Shown piece after piece: positions 34,613 to 47,988 of a stretch of DNA of 64,000 nt. Source of the DNA: Tubiluchus corallicola (taxonomy: Eukaryota > Animalia > Priapulida); contig JAQGDQ010002377.1 of NCBI GenBank assembly GCA_030141605.1, positions 186,001 through 250,000 of the forward strand, written 5' to 3'. The position numbers and the translations under genes are program-made. Numbering within the stretch: position 1 is the stretch's first letter; each line of letters starts with the position of its first letter. The notes under the pieces were generated by a model, which was not told the DNA's origin, made no database searches, and saw only the letters and a list, made by a program, of their open reading frames with translations.

Positions 34613-34740
34613 GAATAAGGGCGATAGAACGGGGGAGAAAGTGAAGAAAAGAGGGAGATGAAAAGAGGGAGAAGATGAGAGGGATAAGATGGGAAATGGG
34701 AAAGAACTACAAGGGAGAACCAGACAGAGAAAGAGAAATC
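34500..34740. repeat. Purine-rich low-complexity tract including (GA)n at ~34576-34604
   Basis: Directly visible. Confidence 0.85.
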
Positions 34741-36710
34741 GAAAGCTTTATTCCACTAAGACAGCAAACTTTTAGCAGTTAAAAAGTAACCGTGATTTTC
34801 CTGTTAAGAAATCTTTCTGGTAAATGCTTTTTCTGTGAAACGAGGTTTCTGGGGAAAATATTTTCCGGGAAAAAAGTTTTCTGGCAAAAAGTTTTTTCTG
34901 GCAAATATCTTTTCTGGGAAGTTACTGTTTCTCGGAAATGGTTTTTCTGTGAAAAAAACTTCTGGCAAACGAACCTAAACCAACTAAAACGTTTTATACT
35001 GCGTTACTGACCGTCTTGTGCCTGGGTCCAATCCTTCAGTTTCTCCCATCGGAGCGGGATGTACCTATTTGTGGGCCTTAGGCCAACAAATCAATGGGCC
35101 CTAAATTGTACTTATCGTGCAGAGGCCCCATTCTCCGAGCACTGTACTTATTGTACAGGGGCCCTTATGGTTTCGAATATATCATACAATGAAATAACCG
35201 GTGTAGATTTGAAACAAGAGTTATTTACAGGCACGGTGGATGACAAATTAGTTTCAGTGGGACACCAGGTACCCGTGGGCCCTAGGGCCAGTGACTTATT
35301 ATGCCCTTGGAAAATCCGGCTCTATCGCCCAATCTACATGCCTTGATTAAGATTTTATAATTTTAATCATGATAATATGCAAACATGTCATTTTTAAAAC
35401 AAATAATATAAGAAAGTGCTCAGTAGTCTTGATGCTTTGGTGTATGAGGTAGACTGAGATACACAACCACACACTGAGATAAAATTTATTGTTCAAGCCA
35501 AATGTATCAGCGCAAAATTGCATTACATATGCGCACTGTAACATAGAAAAAAACATATTTTAAAGCTTAATATTATTATAAAATTTGAAAAAATATCAGT
35601 ACATATAATACGACCTAGCATAAAAAACTTTGCATCAGTTTGCAAGCTGTCATGTTGATAAATTCAGAAATAGGAATCTCAGGTCTCTCTCTTTACCTCT
35701 GACCTAGTCTTAGCTTTCCTGAAAAAAATACGCGCAATAAAATACCAGTCGATGAGCGCAACATCGAGATAATATAATTTGGTGAATAAAATTTAGTATT
35801 TGTTAGTGATGCAGATATTAATATTTATTTCTTACACGATATATACAGTACTGGCATGTCATAGATAAGCATTCTGACACGGGCAACCAGTGTTACCATT
35901 TCTTATGGCTGACAGGACAAATTCATCCCAGCGAGAAATGAAATAATAGTTCGATCCATTATGAAGCCATTGCACATCAATTTCAATTCAATTCAATTCA
36001 ATTTATTTTCTCATTAGCAGTTTAAAATTCCTCTTAATTATGCACATCAGCATTGTATACCAGGTATAAAATCACTGACATCGAATGGCCTCATTGATTC
36101 AGCAGGTAAACGGACACAAACGGACAGCATCTGTAGAAAGTTTTTCATCATCCTAGCATTGAATCCAGAAGACTTGACATCCGAAATACGAGGGAACAAA
36201 CCGACCCGGAAAGCAACCAATCAAACAAGGGCGAGGACTCATTGCGATATCAAGACAATCAGCTGAAAATAAAGTCGCTAGTTCAATAAAAATAACTAAT
36301 GCAGTACATTGCAGTACAAAATCAAATTATCTCACAGACGTTAAAAGGTGAATCTCCGGAAGCAGACTTACAAGTAAAATTACGGAATTACTATAAGTAA
36401 AACTACAGAATTACTACAAATATTTCAAACCAGCACATGAAAGATAAAAATAAATCACTAATTTCTTATTTTATTTACAAAGATATTAAGCGTGGAGGAA
36501 ATTCTTGCATCAATTTTTAAATCATTCGACGCTTTTGATCCTTTACACTGAAATGTGTGAAAATCGCATTTAGCAGCTCTAATCGTTGGTAAGGAGTTTC
36601 AAAGATTTACAGTAACTAAGTTATCTCATTTGTCATTGTACGACTGTTTAATTGCTTGCAAAAAATAAATGATAATTCTTTTTATAAATTATTATTTATA
36701 AATGCATTAG

Positions 36711-37079
36711 TGTTATGGAGATCCATTAGAATTGAATAGAAAATTGTAGAATGTTTTATAGTATAGTAGAACAATCTTTTTACCTTGTAGAAGCAATCGT
36801 AGATTCTAGAACTTTCTATACGCGATGCGTGTAGTAGTTTCTAGATTGTTCTGGTGTTGTCCATTTGCATTAGTATATAAGGCGGAGCTGGCCGCTCGAG
36901 TTTATTCTCAGATTCTCAGATTTATCTCAGATTCCCAGATTATCGAATGCTATTTTCCTATCATTTGACTGTACATATTTTGCATTCCTTCATATTTTGC
37001 GTTGTGGAAATCTCACACAATAAACCAGTTTAATTTGACAACGTGTTTTCTTGTTTTCTCTACAGAAAGAAACACAGCA
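36711..37079 (+). mobile_element. Solo LTR with 5-bp TSD (ATTAG)
   Basis: ATTAG|TGTTATG ... ACAGCA|ATTAG. TG...CA termini; internal TATATAAGG (~36874) and AATAAA (~37019) in the expected U3-R order; repeated TAGAA and CTCAGATT motifs. Confidence 0.75.
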
Positions 37080-37142
37080 ATTAGTAATGTTATTTATCTG
37101 TCATAACATATGTACTGTATACATACCTATGTACAGTAACGC

Positions 37143-37500
37143 GCATACAACAAAATAAAACTGCCCAAAATGAATTTTCCTACCGACATACGACAGTCAA
37201 GCAACCATTTACTGACCGGTCCATGTTGCTTAAGTTCGGTTGCTAGGCACACGCCATTACCACTCAGCTGTTACACGCCCCAGACTACTAGGTTGTGCCA
37301 TATTTCCCTTTTCGTTTCTATTTATTTTGCTGCATACAACAAAACAAAACTGCCCAAAAGAAATTTTCCTGCGTACAGTTAAGCACTTATTTACTAACCA
37401 CTCCTGTGTTGTTTAACTCTCATTGCTAGCACACGCCTTTACACTCGGCTGTTGCTCGCCCCGGACTACTAGGTTGCCATATTTCCTTTTTTATTTGCTA
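37143..37500. repeat. Imperfect tandem duplication, ~189-bp unit x2
   Basis: GCATACAACAAAATAAAACTGCCCAAAA at 37143 and GCATACAACAAAACAAAACTGCCCAAAA at 37332, with similarity continuing through GACTACTAGGTTG..CCATATTTCC. Confidence 0.85.
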
Positions 37501-39592
37501 GTACCGGTGAAAAATACTGACACACCTGCAATTATATTCCGCCTACTTTAGAAGCTTCAACGCAGTCCCACAGGAAGCTAAATTTACTGATAAATGTTAT
37601 CGACCGAATGAAGAAAATTTATGGCTGACGATGGTGTTTACATGGTGTATCACGTATACAACACAAATATAACGTGGCGATATTTTATTCGCAACGTTAT
37701 TCTGACTGCGCCATCGCCGGAAATATTACGTTAAATTGCAAACAATAACGTTTATCATTACATGTTTACAATTGTCAGGCTTACAGCATAGCATAGATGG
37801 GCCACAAGCAGCTTCAAAATCTTTAGCCTCGTGAATATGGCACATGAAACTATTAATAGCGATCGCAAGATGTTATCAAGGCAGGATGTCACGTTAGAAG
37901 TAAATATTAAGTCTCTCACACTGATATTAAGCACCAACGCCGGAAACACGGTAAAAATGGCAAACATAATGTTTACATACTATAGGTCTAAGGTGTGATT
38001 ATATTGCGAGCCGTAGTAAACTAATCATTAATTCATTGCTATTTAGTATTAATAGTAATGGACACGGTTTTTTTTTGGAAAAAGAACAGCCGAGTGGTTA
38101 CGGTATTGCGTTGAATAACGACCAAAGTTAACAACTGGCAAAGCTGATCAGAGAATGGTGTGAGACTGTAAGGTTTAGTGCTTTCTCTGGGTGGCATTTA
38201 CCGAATTTATCTCGTTGAATTAAAGACATGATTAAGACACCTTTACTGCTTCAGCATCTCATCTGAGAGCCTTGGTATCAAGCTATATTACAGTCCCACT
38301 GAACCAGAATCTGGAACCTGTGACTTACTAGACTATGGGCAGAGTAGTGATATGCCAATCTCACCTACAAAATACCACAGAATGTGTTGTTGCGCAATTT
38401 ATCAGCTAACCAGCAATATTTAGGAAACAATGCAAGACTAATCATAGCCAAGGCCTGGCTACATAAAATCAGTGACCTATAGAGAACTCTCTCTTGAGAG
38501 CTGTAAACAATACTTCTAATGTAATAATACATGATCTTTTTCTTCTTAGCAGAATGTCCTTTCTGGACAATAGACGATTAATTAAAATCAGTAAAAATAT
38601 TTGAGGTTAACATCTATCGTCCAGGATTTGACAGCTCCAGTAATTTTATTTTCACACTTACGCATCAAAGACAAAAGTATTGCTATCCAGGAGCACGAGT
38701 GCAGCTTTGTTGTTTATGAATTTAACTACAAGAATACATTGTGGTTAAATAATACATTGGTATGACGAAATGCCAAGGATCTCTGAACACAGGGAAAAAA
38801 GAAAGAAAGGGCGCAACGTTCCGACCTACCAATTAGTTTTTCTTCAGGTAAACAAAAGAAAGGACAATAAGAAGTGAGCTTGAAAAATCACAAAGAATGC
38901 TACAGCTACTTAACTGTTTTTTAGTTAATGATACAGGCACCTAGAAAAAAAGCACAGCAGCAAAGCAGAGACGAACACAAGGCAAAAACAATGAAAGTAT
39001 AAAACGTTAATTAATATGTGTCTGTATCCTTTTCAATGTGATATCCTTTTTATGTGTTAATAATGTAAACTAAAGTTAATATTATACTAGAACAGTAATT
39101 TTACAATAATTATACTGTAAACTAAAAACGCCCTACAAAAATTTGTTCACTACCAGTTCTGGTAATTCCTTGTGATTTTCTTCTTTTTTCTTGTCCTTTT
39201 TTTGTTCGCTAAAAGAGAAACTACAGTGGTAGTTTAAAGCACTTTGCCTTTTTCTACTTGTTTTTAGTTTATAGATTTTTTTTATTGAAAAGCAGAAAAC
39301 AGTAGATTCTGTAGATTCTGAAAACACTGTTTTCTGTTTTTTATTCACAAGTAGAATAAAAAACATACGGTAGAGAAACCATAACAATGGAAAATTTTAA
39401 AACCATAGACATGGAACAAAGCAAGTATGACTTATTAATAAATGTAGCACGTCATATAAACAAGAACAATTAAACTGGTACTGAAATTAAAATTTAAATT
39501 AAAGGCTTCCTTTCAATTTTCTAATATTATAGTATCATCCAGTGTCTGCTCATCACCCTCCAGCTCCCTCTGAGGTAAACCATTTCCATGTG

Positions 39593-39740
39593 AATGCATG
39601 CTTGCCTGGTTAAATGCTTCCTAATTGGCCACTCTTGTTATTTCCTGATTAGTTGGAAAGTGGTTTCACTTCTCTTCTGTATTCACATATTATTAACATA
39701 TGAATGATTAAGCATTTTAATTGGCATAATACATATAAAG

Positions 39741-39786
<46 letters not shown>

Positions 39787-39975
39787 GCGTGTGCGTGTGC
39801 GTGTGCGTGTGCGCGCGCGTGTGTGTATGTCAGTTTCAATCTATCTATTTCAATGCATGCGTGCCTGGTTGAATGCTTCCTAACTGGCCATTCTTGCTAT
39901 TTCCTGATTAGTTAAAAATTGGCTTTTCTTCTGTATTCACAGGTTATTAACATATGAATAATTAAACATTATAAT
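39593..39975. repeat. ~125-bp imperfect direct repeat flanking a (GT)n/(GCGTGT)n microsatellite (39743-39826)
   Basis: AATGCATGC.TGCCTGGTT.AATGCTTCCTAA..TTTCCTGATTAGTT..TTATTAACATATGAAT occurs at ~39593-39721 and ~39852-39975. Confidence 0.85.
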
Positions 39976-41703
39976 ATGAGATATGGGATATGTGTATTAT
40001 ATCCCATATTTTAGTATAATTACAGGATATTATAAGGATGCTATTAATCAGGTGCATGGGATGTAAAATAAAAATGTCAAGATTTTGCTCTGAATCCTTT
40101 ATTATAATAGCTTTTGCCTATGCTTTGCCGTAACACCCAGATGTGGCATGTGCCTAAATTGACTGTTGTTACAATAATGCTGCGAAAATTCAAAAGTGTA
40201 ATAGTGTACAGTGCAACACACTCAGGCCAATATTGATATTTTCCCTCGCTTTGGCTTGTTGTCTTTCTCTTGTTGGGTTGTGCAATCTCCGTTGCTAAAG
40301 GAATGCTAAGTTGCAGAACAAGGCCACCACTTTCACACACATACGAGCTGCGTACAACACAATTAGGCCTGCAAATCACAGCCAATCAGGCAATGTATCT
40401 CGACATAACATAGTGAAGCATAGTGGTATCAGAGCAAAGAAGGTAGTAACAGCAACGATGCAGCCTCGAGTACTCTCTTAATCAAAAAAAAATACATCAC
40501 TCTAATTATGTGGTGTACAGTACTTGGAGACATTTGGGTTATTTATTTCCCACAGGGCAACAACATACCTACAGACAAGATGAAGAGACAAGGACTCAAG
40601 TTCGTTTTCAACAACAGTATTATTACAGTAGGCAATCTAGACACATAGCAATAATATAGTAATGAATGCATACCAAAGGTGAATATTTGAATATCAAAGA
40701 AAGGACAGCGTCGATCTGTATGGTGTTGATGATGATGTTGAGAGTTAACTGAGGATCTAGTCACTCCAATCCTCATACGTAATTCCAGCAAATCCGTATC
40801 TGTTTTTAAGCACATCTTCACCACATAACCTTTCACTACGCCCTCCCCCCGCACAACCCCACAGTGGAACAAGTTGAGTGTAGATGACTAGCCATGTTAT
40901 TCAACTAGAAGCAGAACTACATGGCTACGTAAAATCATTAACGATCAAACATCATTTTGCATTACTACTCAATGTACTAGCAAACAGATATGGCGATGTC
41001 TAGACAGCGAGAAAAGAAAATTAAAGATCGTCAAGTATTTGTGAAATCGATTCATATCAACTGTGCTATAACAATAGCCAAAAACAACAGTGCCATAACA
41101 AAAGCCAAGAACAGGTGAAGTTAAGAATTTAGAGGCAGTGAATAAGAAGTAGTAACGAAAATTGTGTAAGCTTAATTTTTTTTAATTAAGATTACATTAT
41201 AGTGTACTTTAATGCTTTACGTTTTCCAGCTGTAGAATTAATCCAACTGCAACTAGGACATACAAAATGAGCATGCTGCTCTGAGCCACTTCTGCTTCCA
41301 CACTAATCTTGATTCATCCAACATCTTCTAGTAGAAGATTAATAATAATTATTATAAATCTGTGTCACACCAGTTTAATATTTTAATATAACGAGATTTA
41401 TCATAACTGGTCGTGAATAGTCGCACAATAATTGCGGTTCCCTCTTTTTCAAAACGTTTTTGCAAAATTCCGGCTAAGTACCAAAAGTAATTAATAATGC
41501 GCTAGCTGCGGACTTTTGCACTTGCCTACTGGTGTACATAACAAATTTTTTAAATGTTGCTTAAAAAGTGACTAACTGACACCAATTTATTCCCTCATAC
41601 ACTTTTAAGGTATCATAAGGTATCAAATTGTATCAAAGGTTACAATTTTGTATTATCAAGTTAATGTTCAGCGTAACGATCTGTACTTCCGAAAGTAGTA
41701 CGC

Positions 41704-41713
41704 GTGACACAGC
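41704..41713 (+). promoter_or_regulatory. Antioxidant-response-element-like motif near the PSMD1 5' end
   Basis: GTGACACAGC matches RTGAnnnnGC and lies in a CpG-enriched patch ~130 nt before the 5'UTR donor at 41837. Confidence 0.4.
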
Positions 41714-41837
41714 GTAAAAGCTGCGGCGAAAATTTGAGATACATGTGGATTTTTCTTTTGTTTTTCCATATTTGTGAAAGCTTATCGTGGCTAAATTCTT
41801 GTTAGAGTGCTTTGACGAACGCTGAGTGCGAGGAAAG

Positions 41838-42746
41838 GTAAAATTAATTGCGTAGATGTTTTAATATAGAATTGCTAATAGTAAAAACTGTAAATTACTG
41901 CTGTATAATATAAGTTTGAAATTAAAATACTGTCCGTTTTCTCCTGTCGTACTTAACCCTTGTGTTCCTGGTCATCGTTAGATCTAAATTTATTTCAGAT
42001 CCTTACTTCATTATTTTGGCATTTGATGGTAGATGTATGTATTACAGCTGATAGCTTCTCGCATCATATGTAATCGTAAAATGTGTTCACTGACTTCCCT
42101 TCTGTCACCCTTAAGTGTTAGTGTATCTTAAACATATTTAACGAAACACATGTATAATACATGCATACGATGTTTTGGTTGTTTATTATGTTGCTCACAT
42201 GATCAACAAAAATAAATATAACTGACAATCACACAGTTTCAAAGACCAAATTAAATAAAACAGTATAACGTATTATTAAGCTGTGAAGCAATGCGTTTTG
42301 TTGCTGCATGTAGCTAACAAAGGCGCTTGATGAAAAACTGTAAAACTTGTTGTTTTTTTTGTAGTTCTTTTCTATTTAGTGTTGATTTTTCATTGTGTAA
42401 GCAGTTTTTCTCATTAGTTAAGTAAAGTGGGAAGTATGTGTTTGGAAGGTAGAATGAAACCTTGAAGAAATTGAAACACATTTTTCCTATACCTAGAGTA
42501 TTTAAAGATAATTGTTGTTCACAATGCCGCTTCTATACTTGAAAGAGAGTTTGTTCTTGAATTCAAAAGAACAAGTGCCATCCTTTCGAACACAAGGCTA
42601 AATAGTTTCCCACTAATATAGAAAGATTTTTATCTTAGTAACTATGTGTTTATATCAGTCTCTTACTTCCTTTTTCAAAGTGTACATAATATGAAATATA
42701 CAGACACACAGGCATTTATTATATGTAATTTTCTTGTTTTTTGTAG
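41838..42746 (+). other. 5'UTR intron of PSMD1
   Basis: Donor GAAAG|GTAAAA and acceptor TTCTTGTTTTTTGTAG|, 40 nt before the ATG at 42787. Confidence 0.65.
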
Positions 42747-42786
42747 GTTTGCAAATAGAATTTTCAGCTAAGTGGACTTTGTCATC

Positions 42787-45700
42787 ATGATCACTTCTGC
42801 TGCTGGGATCATTTCATTGCTGGATGAAAAAGAGGCAGACCTGAAGCTCTATGCCCTCCAGAAGTTGAATATACTCGTTAGTGATTTCTGGGCAGAAATA
42901 TCCGAAGTGATTACAAAAATAGAAGTGTTGTATGAAGATGATGCTTTTAAACATCGAAATTTGGCTGCACTGGTTGCATCCAAAGTTTATTATCATCTCG
43001 GGTCTTTTGAAGACTCGTTAACGTACGCACTTGGAGCAGCAGCATTGTTTGATGTTAATTCATCGTCAGAGTATGTGGAAACAATTATAGCCAAATGTAT
43101 TGATCACTATACAAAACTACGAGTTCAAAATGCAGAAACAAGTGAACAGGTAGAAATCGATTCACGGCTAGAGGCTGTTGTCAACAAAATGTTTCAGAGA
43201 TGCTTTGATGATGGTAAATACAAACAAGCGGTAGGAATTGCCCTGGAAACTCGTCGTCTTGACGTGTTTCAGGATGCCATAAATAAATCTAACGATGTAT
43301 CTGGCATGTTATCGTATGCCCTTGGAGTATGCATGACATTGATACCTAATCGCCATTTTCGCAACACTGTCTTAAGAGTTCTGGTAGAACTGTACAGTGG
43401 TTTGAAAACTCCAGACTATATAAGTGTATGCCAATGTTTGATATTTCTTGATGATCCGGTTTCTGTTGCAGAAATATTGACAAAACTTGTGAAGGAAACT
43501 GACAACGGGACGCTGCTTGCTTATCAAATTGCTTTTGACTTGTACGAAAGTGCTACACAAGAATTTCTCAATCGAGTTCACCAAGCTTTGCGTGGCACTG
43601 TAGCGCTGCCTGGATCCGAAGTTGCAACTGAAGACGAGGAAATGGAGACAGATGAGAAATCCGAGGAACGCAAAGAAACAGTAGATGCTGTTGAAACTGC
43701 AGAGACAGAAGAAGATAAAGAAACAAAAAGCCGTTTAGACAAGCTTACTTCCATTCTCACCGGAGAAATTTCGATAGGTCTTCATTTGCAGTTTTTGATA
43801 CGAAATAATAAATCAGATTTGTTAATTTTGAAAAACACAAAAGATGCTGTGCGTAATTCAGTTTGTCATACAGCGACAGTAATATGCAATTCTTTTATGC
43901 ATTGTGGTACAACTAGTGATACATTTCTGAGGGACAGTTTAGAGTGGCTAGCACGAGCCACGAATTGGGCAAAATTCACTGCAACTGCAAGTTTAGGTGT
44001 CATTCACAAGGGTCATGAGAAGGAAGCATTGAGTTTAATGGCAACTTACCTGCCTAAAGAAACTGGCCCTGGTAGTGCTTATTCTGAAGGGGGTGGATTA
44101 TATGCACTAGGATTGATTCATGCTAATCATGGAGGTAAAATGATAGACTATTTATTAACTCAACTAAAAGAAGCTACAACTGACATGGTTCGCCATGGTG
44201 CATGTCTGGGTTTGGGCCTTGCTGCAATGGGCACGGCACGCCAAGATGTCTATGATCAGCTGAAGATGAATTTATTGCAAGACGATGCTGTGACTGGTGA
44301 GGCCGCTGGGCTAGCTATGGGTATCGTTATGCTTGGCTCAAGGTCACCAACAGCCATCGAGGACATGGTTTCTTATGCACAAGAAACGCAGCATGAGAAA
44401 ATTATTCGTGGATTAGCAATTGGAATAGCTTTAGTGATGTACGGGCGTTTAGAAGAAGCAGATGCTCTTATTGAAAGTCTATCGTTAGATAAAGACCCTA
44501 TTTTAAGGCGATCAGCCATGTATACAGTAGCCATGGCATACTGTGGAACTGGGAATAACAGTGCTATACGAAGATTACTGCATGTCGCGGTTAGTGATGT
44601 AAATGATGATGTTCGACGAGCAGCTGTGGAATCTTTAGGATTTTTACTATTTAGGACTCCAGAACAAGTACCCAATGTAGTCTCTTTGTTGTCAGAATCA
44701 TACAATCCACATGTAAGATATGGGGCTGCCATAGCATTAGGAATATCTTGTGCAGGAACAGGCCAGAAAGATGCTATTGCTTTGCTAGAACCCATGGCAA
44801 ACGATACAGTAAACTACGTTCGACAAGGGGTGCTTATTGCTTCGGCCTTGATTTTGATCCAGCAGAATGAGGTTACCTGTCCAAAAGTGACATACTTCAG
44901 ACAACTTTACACCAAAGTCATTAATGATAAACATGATGACGTCATGGCTAAATTTGGTGCTATATTAGCACAGGGCATACTTGATGCTGGTGGGCGAAAT
45001 ACTACCATTTCTTTACAGTCAAGAACTGGCCACACACACATGACATCTGTTGTGGGCATGTTAGTGTTCTTGCAGTTCTGGTTTTGGTTTCCTCTTGCAC
45101 ATTTTCTGGCTCTAGCATTTACGCCCACTTGTCTCATTGGTTTGAATGCAAACATGGCCATGCCAAAGATTGAGTTCAAATCTGGTGCAAAGCCGTCGAC
45201 GTATGCTTATCCACCACCTCTAGAAGAAAAGAAAGAAAAAGAGAAGGAGAAAGTTTCAACAGCAATACTTAGTATTACTGCAAAAGCCAAAAAGAAAGAA
45301 TTAGAAAGAGAGCGTCATCGCAGCCAAGATAAAATGGAAGTAGATGAACCAAAAAAAGATGAAGTAGAGAAGGATTCAAAAGAGAAAGATTCAAAACAAA
45401 AGGATGCAAAAGAAAAGAAGGGTGCTAAAGCAGAGAGCAAGACCAAGTCGTCCAGCAAAGAAGCTGCCAACAAAGAAGCCATGACAAGCAAGGAAAGCAC
45501 AAGTAAGGAGGAAGAAGTAGAAAAACTAGAAGAGAAAAAAGAACCGGAACCCAATTTTGAAATGTTGTCAAATCCGGCTCGTGTCATGCGGGCACAGTTG
45601 AAAGTAATTAGCATGCCTGAAGGTACAAGGTACAGACCACTGAAACCGGTCTCTACCGGAGGAGTGATTATGTTGCGCAATCTAAAAACCGAAGTACCAG

Positions 45701-45798
45701 AGGAAATTATAGAGGAAGTTGTTGCACATGGACCTAAAGTGGAGCAGGAAGAAGCTGAACCAGAACCACCCGAACCTTTTGAATATGACGAGGATTGA
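42787..45798 (+). CDS. PSMD1: 26S proteasome non-ATPase regulatory subunit 1 (Rpn2), single coding exon, 1003 aa
   Basis: [14 protein letters not shown] start; PC repeats ([43 protein letters not shown]); C-terminal [10 protein letters not shown] Rpn13-binding tail. The ORF-track start at 42772 is a GTG; the real ATG is 42787. Confidence 0.98.
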   Translation: MITSAAGIISLLDEKEADLKLYALQKLNILVSDFWAEISEVITKIEVLYEDDAFKHRNLAALVASKVYYHLGSFEDSLTYALGAAALFDVNSSSEYVETIIAKCIDHYTKLRVQNAETSEQVEIDSRLEAVVNKMFQRCFDDGKYKQAVGIALETRRLDVFQDAINKSNDVSGMLSYALGVCMTLIPNRHFRNTVLRVLVELYSGLKTPDYISVCQCLIFLDDPVSVAEILTKLVKETDNGTLLAYQIAFDLYESATQEFLNRVHQALRGTVALPGSEVATEDEEMETDEKSEERKETVDAVETAETEEDKETKSRLDKLTSILTGEISIGLHLQFLIRNNKSDLLILKNTKDAVRNSVCHTATVICNSFMHCGTTSDTFLRDSLEWLARATNWAKFTATASLGVIHKGHEKEALSLMATYLPKETGPGSAYSEGGGLYALGLIHANHGGKMIDYLLTQLKEATTDMVRHGACLGLGLAAMGTARQDVYDQLKMNLLQDDAVTGEAAGLAMGIVMLGSRSPTAIEDMVSYAQETQHEKIIRGLAIGIALVMYGRLEEADALIESLSLDKDPILRRSAMYTVAMAYCGTGNNSAIRRLLHVAVSDVNDDVRRAAVESLGFLLFRTPEQVPNVVSLLSESYNPHVRYGAAIALGISCAGTGQKDAIALLEPMANDTVNYVRQGVLIASALILIQQNEVTCPKVTYFRQLYTKVINDKHDDVMAKFGAILAQGILDAGGRNTTISLQSRTGHTHMTSVVGMLVFLQFWFWFPLAHFLALAFTPTCLIGLNANMAMPKIEFKSGAKPSTYAYPPPLEEKKEKEKEKVSTAILSITAKAKKKELERERHRSQDKMEVDEPKKDEVEKDSKEKDSKQKDAKEKKGAKAESKTKSSSKEAANKEAMTSKESTSKEEEVEKLEEKKEPEPNFEMLSNPARVMRAQLKVISMPEGTRYRPLKPVSTGGVIMLRNLKTEVPEEIIEEVVAHGPKVEQEEAEPEPPEPFEYDED

Positions 45799-47988
45799 TA
45801 TGTATGTTTTGCAAGTTCTAGGGTAGTAACCCAATGTGAAAGCTGTTTCTCCATTAACTTAGCCCATTTTTTAAATTTTGTCTCTAATTTATATTGCTTG
45901 CTGTTTTTTTTCTCAAATTTATGCCTTAAGGTCAAAAATTGCATTGTTATCAAATAAGAATCTTTTGTGTATAAAGCTAATTGCAAACATTTTTCGCTTT
46001 TCATTTCTGATTCTAGGCGTACTTTTTTGAACATCATTAGTTTTTTAGAGACTTGCAACTAATGCAAGGTTTAACCCATAAGACACATTGTTTACAGCTT
46101 ATTGCATAGAAAAAGCATTTATATCCCAATCTGCATATTTCGAAAAATGTAAGATAAAAACATGAATGCGCAAATTATTAATCTTTACAGTGCAAGTGCC
46201 ATGATTAACAGGAAAAATCAAATCTGTTTCTAATTTCTTATATCCCTTAGTGGCATTTATGCAGGATGTGACATCACACGGAGAAAGGCTAGTGACCTAT
46301 CAAACTTTATGAGCCCACAATCAGTTAACCTTTTCGCAATTTTATCGTGTACATGCGCAGCTGCTGTACCTACTAAAACTACTTAATTTACTTTGTGTGG
46401 ACTACTTAATTTTTTGTTAGTCTGATCTACTAACAGCAACTACTATTAATTTACTAGCAGGATCTTGCTTGGAAACAAACAAAGAAAAAACAAACTAAGG
46501 TTAACTGTTAAAATTGTTACCTCTTCACGAATCCTTAGAGCTGCGAAAAAGTATAAACGTACAAAGTATAATTTTTACGTCTGCAGGTATAATGCAAGGA
46601 ATTAGTGGAATGGGTAGTAAGAGTGAAAAGTGATTTAAAAGAATCAATGCACACTTTTTTCAATAACAAGACTTTATTTACATAAAAATAAGCAAAGTAT
46701 CAAAGTGAAAATAAAACAAACACACACATCAACAAAATTATACAGAAAGTTTTAGCATAAACTAAAGAATTATCACTTACGTAATAATTTTGGCCACTTG
46801 CCAACTTCAACAACTAAACTAAAACAAAAAAAATATCACACAAGCAAAACAGCTTTATCCTCAGTGCCATATTTTCAAATTTGTCATCGGGGGAGGGGGT
46901 TATGCACTGCTCTAATGCTACATTGAAGATGTTTATTTTAAAGTTGCCAAATAAAACTGAAAATACTAAGTAAATATGCCAAAGTGATCTTTCGGGAATT
47001 ACTCGTTTGTTTAAGAGCATAAACGAATAAGTAAAAATTAAACTAAAAAACGTGACGAAATAAGTTGCCAAGGCCTACACAAAATCTAGAAGCCACTATA
47101 TACATGAACATTTGTACAACAGGATTGGTGCAAAAACTTACCACTGGATATTTATGCGCATGATCTGACATGACTGTAACCATCATGCCTCTAGCTATTA
47201 GACATTAATGGAGATTATCATCAATTACTGAATCAAGTGACTATCTCTCCTAAAAAGTTAAGAGTCAGGGACATTTGTCCCTCGACCAAAGAAAACTGTT
47301 AGCTCACTTATATTTTCTGATGTCATCTACCATGCCACCATCTATATTTCATTAGCAATACTGTAAAATGATAATCAATATGGGGCTTTTCAGTTTCCTA
47401 ACGCGAACATTATAGCCATTTGCTTCTCGATGTCGCACTATACGAGTGAAAGACGATCGAACACAGTAGACTATCCATTAAGAAAGACTAGGAGACGTGC
47501 ACACAGTACAACTCCATTGGTTACGTTATACTCCACATCACTTTGATTCCCAGATATTTTTAGAGAAAAGCACAAATTGCAAGATTGTGGCACAAGAACA
47601 GCTAAAATAATAATGACAGACTCACAATTACACAGTTAAAGAAAATGCTAATAAAATTTTAAGAGAGCATGTCACTACATACTTTAAGAGCAAAGTTGGG
47701 TTGATACATCAGCTGTAAGACTTTGATAAAGATGATAAGAAGCACATTTTTTGCAAAAGCCTGAGGTAAAGGATCACTACAAACTTAGTACTTGTGCCAC
47801 AGTAATGCAAGAAAATTCCTAAAGTTCGATTATTTGAAAACGTTAATGCAATTATGCTTAGGCTTAGTCGGAGTTCATTAATACTGTTCGGACTCTCTAC
47901 GCCAATCATTGCACTCTTCTCGCAAATTACACAAGTGGAAATCTTGGTCCCGTACGTGTGACAATTTTCTATGATGACTCGAGTACAC

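Noticed and set aside
34790-35335. TTTCTGGCAAA-like and GGGCCC-rich repeats
   Set aside because: Probably MITE debris, but paired termini or TSDs could not be defined.
38086-38345. tRNA-like A-box (AGCCGAGTGGTTA)
   Set aside because: No cloverleaf or B-box; at most a decayed SINE head.
40440-40880. ORF with PFFDIQI resembling a Penelope-type RT motif
   Set aside because: Too short and degenerate to support a call.
45315-46058. 247-aa minus-strand ORF
   Set aside because: Antisense shadow of the Lys/Glu-rich PSMD1 end; Ser/Phe low complexity and no independent signals.
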